This document shows, in pieces, positions 25,998 through 32,000 of a stretch of 32,000 bases of DNA (position 1 is the stretch's first letter; each line of letters begins with the position of its first letter). The notes under the pieces are model-generated. The model worked only from the letters and a program-made list of their open reading frames with translations. It had not been told where the DNA came from and searched no databases. The stretch comes from Acaryochloris marina S15 (lineage in GTDB: Bacteria > Cyanobacteriota > Cyanobacteriia > Thermosynechococcales > Thermosynechococcaceae): assembly GCF_018336915.1 (NCBI RefSeq), contig NZ_CP064923.1, positions 4,560,001 to 4,592,000 of the forward strand, read 5' to 3'. Made by a program: the position numbers and the translations under genes.

Positions 25998-26597
25998 TCA
26001 GGTTAAAGCAGCTTCTGGATGCTCAATTCGAGTGCCTAAAACCTGCAAGAAAGCGGACAGCCACTTAGGATGAGCAGGCCATGCCGGTGCAGTCACCAAA
26101 TTGCCATCAATCAACGCATCATCCACAGCCAGATCCACATATTCCCCGCCAGCAGCAGTCACCTCTGGCCCACAGGCGGGATAAGCCGAACAACGTTTCC
26201 CCTGTAAAACGCCCGCTGCAGACAGAAGCTGAGCGCCATGACAAATGGCAGCTAATGGTTTCTGCGCTTGAGCAAAGTGCTGCACAATTTTGATAACTTC
26301 AGCATTGAGACGCAAATACTCTGGAGCCCTACCCCCTGGAATCACCAGGGCATCGTAGTCGGCAACATCTACCTCTGTAAAGGTGGCATTAAGCAAGAAG
26401 TTATGACCCGGCTTTTCGCTATAGGTTTGGTCTCCTTCAAAATCATGAATGGCGGTTCTGACCATATCTCCAGCTTTTTTATGGGGGCACACCGTATGTA
26501 CTGTATGCCCGACCATCAACAATGCCTGGAAAGGAACCATGACTTCATAGTCTTCTACAAAGTCACCCACCAGCATCAAAATTTTCTTGCTAGCCAT
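25998..26597 (-). CDS. DJ-1/PfpI family protein
   Basis: [14 protein letters not shown] and the nucleophile elbow [17 protein letters not shown] at 26597; the ORF track uses GTG at 26600. GGAG lies 10 nt upstream. Confidence 0.9.
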   Translation of the reverse strand: MASKKILMLVGDFVEDYEVMVPFQALLMVGHTVHTVCPHKKAGDMVRTAIHDFEGDQTYSEKPGHNFLLNATFTEVDVADYDALVIPGGRAPEYLRLNAEVIKIVQHFAQAQKPLAAICHGAQLLSAAGVLQGKRCSAYPACGPEVTAAGGEYVDLAVDDALIDGNLVTAPAWPAHPKWLSAFLQVLGTRIEHPEAALT

Positions 26598-26628
26598 CAC
26601 GATTGGACTCCATACGGAAGAACTTGTT

Positions 26629-26820
26629 CTATGCTTTTTTTGCCGTCTCCTTCGAGAATATCAGCCAACTTGCCAACAGAGTCATCACAACGGCCCCCGT
26701 TAATCGACCCATTTCATAGGGTGTGGCTTCGCCATTACTGAGGGTTTGAGTCAGCTCAATGATGCGAGGGATATTGAACGCTAAAATTGCTGCACCCATG
26801 ATTTTCTTGAGGATATTCAT
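26629..26820 (-). CDS. Possible small membrane protein (63 aa)
   Basis: [22 protein letters not shown]...[16 protein letters not shown] has two hydrophobic segments. It sits 28 nt upstream of the DJ-1 gene on the same strand. The ORF is open to 26910. I recognise no family. Confidence 0.3.
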   Translation of the reverse strand: MNILKKIMGAAILAFNIPRIIELTQTLSNGEATPYEMGRLTGAVVMTLLASWLIFSKETAKKA

Positions 26821-26979
26821 CTTAGTCCAAGACAGTTTGTGTATTCCTAAGGTTCTCGGCAAGGGCAAGCAAATCCATTGGACCAGTATTTCGCCAAACG
26901 GCTTCAGCAAACTTTCAGCAATGCCGATTCATTCTCGGAGAATACCCCATTGAGGAAGTTCACCATCCAAAAGTAGGAC

Positions 26980-27720
26980 TTAAAGCACCATCTCATTTTC
27001 CACAGATGGGGGAGCCATGGGAATATCCGAATTCGAGGCAGACGCATTAGCAACCCCTATAAAACGCTCATTGACGAGTTGCTGAAACGTAGCCACGGTG
27101 GATTGCCAAAGCTGGATGCGCTCTTTGACATTCTGGACTCGCTTGATGCCAATATCTCCCCGGACGGGGTAATTATAATTTCCAGAAAAGACAACGGCAG
27201 AGACAGATTTTCCATCTTGGCCTTTCAGCTTGGCTTCATTAATTGCTAAGTTAAGCTGGCCCTGCTCTAGGACATAACTAAGCTGAATCGCAGCTTGGGC
27301 AGGGGCTTGGCCAAAGTCTTGCCAGGAACCCGCAGCAAACAGTTTATGGAATAGAAACTCATGGGCTCCCCGCTCATTATCAAAGAAGGGCACTAATCCC
27401 CGAGGATTAACACCAACAGCCAAATAATCTGCATTGGGGAGTTTCTCTGCAAAGTTTGCAGCCATCGTATGGATCAGAAATTCAGGCTGTTCTTTGGTGG
27501 GAGCGACCTGAGCAAATGCCACCCGATTGGGTTGTGCCGTGATGCGAATGCCGTTTTTATAGGAAATACGGGCACCACTATTCGAGATGACGGGCTGCTG
27601 ATCGTACTCCCAATCTGACGGCACAATATCGCTGTACTTGAGGAAATCAGGATTGAGGATGGATGGGCTGAGATCTTTAGCGGCAATAATAATACTGATT
27701 TCTTGAATCGAAATACTCAT
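26980..27720 (-). CDS. Hypothetical protein (246 aa), no recognisable family
   Basis: ATG preceded by GAGGGG with an 8-nt spacer. No TM helix or signal peptide is apparent. It lies 220 nt downstream of the giant RTX gene on the same strand. Confidence 0.6.
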   Translation of the reverse strand: MSISIQEISIIIAAKDLSPSILNPDFLKYSDIVPSDWEYDQQPVISNSGARISYKNGIRITAQPNRVAFAQVAPTKEQPEFLIHTMAANFAEKLPNADYLAVGVNPRGLVPFFDNERGAHEFLFHKLFAAGSWQDFGQAPAQAAIQLSYVLEQGQLNLAINEAKLKGQDGKSVSAVVFSGNYNYPVRGDIGIKRVQNVKERIQLWQSTVATFQQLVNERFIGVANASASNSDIPMAPPSVENEMVL

Positions 27721-27940
27721 ATGGTCGTCCCCTCACCAATGGAAGTAATGATATGGCCTGTCATCTTAGTGGTCTGCAGGAGCTACATAAATGACTCTCT
27801 AGAAAATAAAACAGTCAATATTTCACTAGATTGCATTTATTAAGTACTCGAAAGCCGTCCTTTATACCATCAGAATGATACACCTAACGAATGCTCAATC
27901 ATTCTGTCTGTCACAAATGACAGCTGCATGAAACTAGGGC

Positions 27941-30900
27941 TTAGACAGGGGAATAGTCTTGAATAGATAGGTCTGCCAAGTCAACATTGACCCCTCTGAG
28001 AATCATCAGGGTTTGTTCAGAGCCAGCCACAGAGATGCGAGTATCTCCATCATCAGCCGTTACGCTGAGTTGGCCTAAGGTCAATCCTTCCGATAGCCCC
28101 AAAGTATCCAAGTCAGCCTCAAACTCGAGAACCATATCTAGACCTTGGTCGATTTCGAGGATAAACCAGTCCGCACCGGATCCACCGGACAATCGATCGG
28201 CACCGCCACCCCCGATTAAGGTGTCATCCCCGGCACCACCCAAGAGCTTATCGGCTCCAAGACCACCGCTTAGCAAATCATTTGCGGTTGATAGGTCGTT
28301 ACCGCTGGATAAGACCTCGACAGCCTCTAAACTAAGTTGGGTGATGGATAAATTGTGGGTAGCAGCACCACCCGGAATAAATTCTGAAACTTGCCCTGTG
28401 AGGTCTAGCTCATCACCGATGCTGACGGTGGGAGCGCTGGTAAAGACGAAAATGCCATCAGAAGTGGCGTCATTGCCATCGCCCGTTGCATCCTGGAGAT
28501 AAAATCCATTGAAATCAACGGCAGTCACAATTCCTGTCGTTGTGACCTTGAGACCGTCAAAGGCAGACAGATGACCTTCACCCTGAATATCGTAGATCTT
28601 GACTTCGGGCGTAAACTCATACACCGCAATGGTTTCACTTTCCTCATTACTGACCACCAATAAGCTATTGCCATTGGGACTGTCATCGGCAGCAATAAAG
28701 GTCAAGCCTTCTGGGGCAATATCGGCATCATCGCGGATATATTGCAGGAATTCTGGAGTAGTCGGATTCGTAACGTCATAGACTAGTACGCCTCCTCCGG
28801 CTCGTTCTAGACCAATAAAGGCATAGGTACGGTTGCCCACCTGACCGACAGTAACGGCTTCCGGTTCTGCCCCTTTATTATCAGAGCGGCTATCAAACTC
28901 AGCGGGGTCTCCGTCATCGGCATTGAATAAATCTGGAGCCAGTTCAGCGGTAATTTTGGCAATCTGATCACCACTATCGAAGACTAAGTTGCCCACTTCA
29001 TCCCAAATGCTAAAGGAGCGACCCCCATAAGAGAACAGCTGATCAAAATCACCATCTCCATCAATATCCCCATCGATGGTGGAGACTTGTAGCTGCCCCA
29101 GCTGATCATCTTGTTGCAAGGTGGCGGCATCCAGGAAGGCGGTGGGATCTAAAGTCAAATCGGCAATCCGCGCGTCTTCCTCGCGGGCATCCCCTTCGTT
29201 GGCGGTGATGTAGTAGGTTTGACCGTTGGTAGCAAAAGATGCGATCGCATCCGGTTGATACAACCCATAGAGAGGGAAATTATTGAGGTTAATCCCACCA
29301 TCGCCATCGCTTGGATCTAGCGTATTACCCTCACCAAATTGAATAAAATCTAGAGTAATCGGTGTGGGGTCAGGGCTTTGCAAGACACTACCATCTAGGG
29401 GAATATCCCCTTCGGCCAAGCCAAAGTCGTTATCGTTGATCACCACTAAGGTGCCGTCGGGGAGTAAGGCTAAGCCTTCGGGCTTATCACCAGCGAGGTA
29501 ACCGAGGGACGGCAAATTTGTGGTTTTGATTTTGTTGACGGGCTGGATGTCAGCGACAACCAGTGCATCTGCCGTTTGCTGCTCTAGGGTAGCCTCTTCG
29601 AAGAGGCCAATCTCATCCTTGTCGAGGGTCAATAAATTAGTAGCAGCGGAGATATCGATTTCGAAGATAAATTTCTTGGCAGTCTCACCGACTGCAGAAT
29701 CCCGCTCAATCACATAGAATTTGCCATCACCTGCAAACACGGCATCGCCAATTTTGTCGACTCGGCCACCGGAACGCACCGCCGGATCTTCGAGGAGATA
29801 AACATATTCAGCGACCGGCTGGCCTGTTGCCGTATCAATCCCTAGGATTCGAATCACGTCAGAATTATCAGAGGTGGCACGATCGGGATTAGCTAGGGGT
29901 GTTTGAATAAAGGCATAGAGAATACCCGTCTCATCATCCAGCGCCACCGCTTCAAAGCCCCGGTTGCGGCGACGATTGATATATTCCGCAGGCAAGGTTT
30001 CTGTACCGAAACTGATGTCTGTCTCGTTCTCATCATCGTCTCCTGAGCCAGCCTGGGCGGCAGTCCCTTCAGGTACATATCGATTCAACAGCTCACCTGT
30101 GGGCGAGAACTGATAGATAGAGGGACGATAATCATCCACCATCCAGAAATTGCCATTAGCATCCGTCAGAATTCCTTCAAAATCCCCGCCAAAGGGATCA
30201 AAGGCGAGGGGATTTCCAAACAAATCAACCGGCTGCTCATCAACCGCTTCATTGCTGATATTGGAGCGTCCTGTAATCGGCATCCCCTCTCCCTGGGTGA
30301 GGAAAATCTGATCAGCAATCGTGACGCTGGTTAAATCGGGAGTAACTTCTAATTTGACGATGCGAGCTTGGTAATCGGGCAGGGCAAAGGGCCGCTCTTT
30401 GATGCCATCCCCATCGACATCTAGGGTGTCGGGATTGGGGCCACGATCGGGGATGGTGTAAAAGATCAGATTGCCCGAATCTGGGTCGGTGCCTTCGTAC
30501 CACAGGCCTGATAGGCCCCCTAAAAGAATCTCTTGTCCAGAGGGGGTCGTCCCTAGACTGGGTAAGTCTTCCAAAGTCAGTTGAGTGAGTTGGGCCGGGC
30601 CACGACTAAAGTTTTTGGCCCCTAAGGGCAAGATATCCGTCACGGACGCCGTGGCCAAATCCACAACCGCAAAAGCATTATTTTCCTGCAAAGTCACAAA
30701 AGCCGTGGCCCCATCTGGAGAGATAGAGATAAATTCCGGCTCAACATCTTCAGAAGTCGTTTTATCGGGAAAGATCCGAACACCTTTGGCTCTGAGTTCT
30801 GCTTCTCGCCCATCGAAGGCTGTGAAATCAGCCGTTTGTACCGATAGATTGTCAAACCCTGCAGACAAATCAATGATGCTAACTGATCCAGCTGGGTCAA

Positions 30901-31936
30901 TATCATCTTCAGGCTCGCCTTCATTCGCGACTAAAACCTTGGTGCCGTCTGGCGTAAAGGTGAGCATATCCGGTAGGGCACCCACTTCAATCTGACCCAA
31001 AATCTCACCATCACTATTGAGGAAGAGAACCGTGCCATTACTCGTGGACGGATCAGCCTCAATCGCCACTGCAATCACACCATTACTGATGGCAATGCTA
31101 TTGGCTCCTGCTCCAAAGCTAGATAAATCGATAGAGGTCAGGGCTTCAGGGTTGGTTGGATCTCTCAGATCCACCACCTGTAACTCTGTTTCACCAGACA
31201 CGACAAACAGTTTCTGGGAAGCGGCATCAAACGCATTAATTTCAGCCCCATTATCCAGGGTAACCCCACCAATTCTGCTCAAAGGCCCCTCTGAACTGCT
31301 TCTTCCAGGCGTTCCTAGGCCACTATTACCCATCGTGAAGGAATCGATGGGCAGCGCCAGAGGAGCATTATCGCCAGTCCAATTACTGGCATCACAAATG
31401 GCCGCTCGCAGTTCGGCAGGGGTACCTGTCACAGGACCGCTGTAAACCGCATTATCCACCTCTTGGGTCGGCCCAGCACCAGCCCCTACAGCAACTGCCG
31501 AGGTTCCCATCACAAGGCCAGGGGGGAGTGCCGATGTATTTGAAGAGGTTGCATCGGCTTGAAACTCTGTGCTGTTCGTTAACAGGACAAACAGGAATTG
31601 GGGGTTGGTGGAGAGCCCCTGAAAGGCAATAATTTGATCGCCACTGGTGGATAGGGAGAACCCACTGATTCCAACGGCCGCATCATTGTCAGCCATGAAG
31701 TCAGCAGTGTTGTGAACAAAATTAATAACGGTCTCCGCTATCAGAGCTGAGGGCGCAGTATATTTGACGGCTCCTTCATTGGCTCGAAAACTACCATCAC
31801 TGCGCACACCACTATCAGTGAAGCGAATTTCAGTCCCAGCATCGATATCAACGAGCAGCACAAAACTAAAGTCATCAGGATTATCGGAGTTGACACCAAC
31901 AATGGCAATGTCACCAGCAGAGAGGGAAGTAGCCAT
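27941..31936 (-). CDS. Large leaderless secreted multidomain protein: unknown N-domain + choice-of-anchor-I-like domain interrupted by a phytase-like (PF13449-like) domain + ExeM/NucH-type OB-like domain + RTX repeats
   Basis: Choice-of-anchor-I-like blocks: LPDMLTFTPDGTKVLVANEGEP, LQENNAFAVVDL, LYGLYQPDAIA, ITANEGDARE, GGRSFSIWD, DSRSDNKGAEPEAVT, YAFIGLERAGGGVLVYDVTNP. Phytase-like blocks: GGLSGLWYEG...IPDRGPN...VVINDNDFG. NucH-like block: IYDIQGEGHLS...GFYLQDATGDGNDATSDGIFVF. Four GGxGxDxL nonapeptides lie near the C-terminus. No N-terminal signal peptide. Confidence 0.85.
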   Translation of the reverse strand: MATSLSAGDIAIVGVNSDNPDDFSFVLLVDIDAGTEIRFTDSGVRSDGSFRANEGAVKYTAPSALIAETVINFVHNTADFMADNDAAVGISGFSLSTSGDQIIAFQGLSTNPQFLFVLLTNSTEFQADATSSNTSALPPGLVMGTSAVAVGAGAGPTQEVDNAVYSGPVTGTPAELRAAICDASNWTGDNAPLALPIDSFTMGNSGLGTPGRSSSEGPLSRIGGVTLDNGAEINAFDAASQKLFVVSGETELQVVDLRDPTNPEALTSIDLSSFGAGANSIAISNGVIAVAIEADPSTSNGTVLFLNSDGEILGQIEVGALPDMLTFTPDGTKVLVANEGEPEDDIDPAGSVSIIDLSAGFDNLSVQTADFTAFDGREAELRAKGVRIFPDKTTSEDVEPEFISISPDGATAFVTLQENNAFAVVDLATASVTDILPLGAKNFSRGPAQLTQLTLEDLPSLGTTPSGQEILLGGLSGLWYEGTDPDSGNLIFYTIPDRGPNPDTLDVDGDGIKERPFALPDYQARIVKLEVTPDLTSVTIADQIFLTQGEGMPITGRSNISNEAVDEQPVDLFGNPLAFDPFGGDFEGILTDANGNFWMVDDYRPSIYQFSPTGELLNRYVPEGTAAQAGSGDDDENETDISFGTETLPAEYINRRRNRGFEAVALDDETGILYAFIQTPLANPDRATSDNSDVIRILGIDTATGQPVAEYVYLLEDPAVRSGGRVDKIGDAVFAGDGKFYVIERDSAVGETAKKFIFEIDISAATNLLTLDKDEIGLFEEATLEQQTADALVVADIQPVNKIKTTNLPSLGYLAGDKPEGLALLPDGTLVVINDNDFGLAEGDIPLDGSVLQSPDPTPITLDFIQFGEGNTLDPSDGDGGINLNNFPLYGLYQPDAIASFATNGQTYYITANEGDAREEDARIADLTLDPTAFLDAATLQQDDQLGQLQVSTIDGDIDGDGDFDQLFSYGGRSFSIWDEVGNLVFDSGDQIAKITAELAPDLFNADDGDPAEFDSRSDNKGAEPEAVTVGQVGNRTYAFIGLERAGGGVLVYDVTNPTTPEFLQYIRDDADIAPEGLTFIAADDSPNGNSLLVVSNEESETIAVYEFTPEVKIYDIQGEGHLSAFDGLKVTTTGIVTAVDFNGFYLQDATGDGNDATSDGIFVFTSAPTVSIGDELDLTGQVSEFIPGGAATHNLSITQLSLEAVEVLSSGNDLSTANDLLSGGLGADKLLGGAGDDTLIGGGGADRLSGGSGADWFILEIDQGLDMVLEFEADLDTLGLSEGLTLGQLSVTADDGDTRISVAGSEQTLMILRGVNVDLADLSIQDYSPV
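28163..28270 (-). repeat. Four tandem RTX (hemolysin-type Ca-binding) nonapeptide repeats inside the giant CDS
   Basis: SGGLGADKL / LGGAGDDTL / IGGGGADRL / SGGSGADWF, followed by a 73-aa acidic, hydrophobic C-terminal tail. Confidence 0.85.
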
Positions 31937-32000
31937 GAGTATTCCTAAACAAACAATAAAAAAAACCTAAAAACTCAAGAGTTTCCAGAAGAAGAGGACT

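Noticed and set aside
26619-26630. AGAAC-TT-GTTCT palindrome upstream of the DJ-1 gene, superficially like a LexA-type box
   Set aside because: The spacing and half-sites do not fit the cyanobacterial LexA consensus (RGTACNNNDGTWCB) as I recall it.
27987-28502. 171-aa Pro/Ser-rich + strand ORF, plus other nested ORFs (28599..28781, 29520..29717, 30585..30995, 31017..31445, 31764..31970)
   Set aside because: All are antisense shadows inside the 1331-aa CDS, with low-complexity translations typical of the reverse strand of Gly/Asp-rich coding sequence.
31937-32000. CCTAAA repeated 22 bp apart (31944 and 31966) upstream of the giant gene, considered as a Pho box given the phosphatase-like domains
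   Set aside because: It does not match the cyanobacterial Pho-box consensus (PyTTAAPyPy(T/A) tandem repeats), and only 64 nt of the promoter are visible.
1-32000. Search for tRNA/rRNA genes, CRISPR arrays, transposases, integrases, phage or defence-island genes
   Set aside because: No T-arm-like GTTCGAATC-type motifs occur in the spacers. There are no regularly spaced repeats of 25-40 bp, and no ORF has recombinase, nuclease or defence signatures that I could recognise.

Overview
This looks like a chromosomal window from a HIP1-rich cyanobacterium. Supporting signs are 9 GCGATCGC octamers, a cyanoexosortase, the sRNA Yfr1, a phytochrome/cyanobacteriochrome kinase and the cyanobacterial TCA-bypass gene pair. 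I call 28 protein-coding genes. One of them, a YebC/PmpR regulator at 1..492, is missing from the ORF track because it runs off the window edge; another is a low-confidence small membrane ORF. I also call one sRNA (Yfr1, about 17364..17440, between a GuaB3-like gene and trxA), one strong and several weaker terminator-like hairpins, a four-half-site operator array in the tetR/DUF4345 divergent spacer, and several inverted or direct repeats the genes do not explain. I found no tRNA, rRNA, CRISPR array, transposase, integrase or phage genes. Gene order: yebC(-), wecG-ftsE-ftsX(+), coiled-coil hypothetical(-), HpsJ-like/cyanoexosortase/Ser-Thr kinase(-), SDR(+), DUF3565-DUF1971(-), flavoprotein and Cys-rich YidD-like protein(+), DUF2854-like and yajQ(-), SSADH and 2-oxoglutarate decarboxylase-like(+), Pro-rich hypothetical, guaB3-like, yfr1, trxA, LOG-family, 1515-aa photoreceptor hybrid kinase(+), tetR(-)/DUF4345(+), then a minus-strand run of SRPBCC, DJ-1/PfpI, small membrane ORF, 246-aa orphan and a 1331-aa RTX protein. 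Five things deserve a second look. (1) The kinase combines a knotless phytochrome module with two further Cys-bearing GAF domains, one of them with an atypical dual-Cys spacing. (2) A YidD-like protein carries a 48-aa tail with 11 Cys and 10 Asp, downstream of a halogenase-like flavoprotein whose leader holds a perfect 16-bp hairpin. (3) The leaderless RTX giant has a phytase-like domain nested inside a choice-of-anchor-I-like domain, no secretion genes in view, and an unrecognisable 246-aa neighbour. (4) Yfr1 is not annotated by the ORF track. (5) The TetR operator array. No single locus can be shown from sequence alone to be a new system; items 2 and 3 are my best candidates. All family names come from motif recognition by eye and no database search was run.
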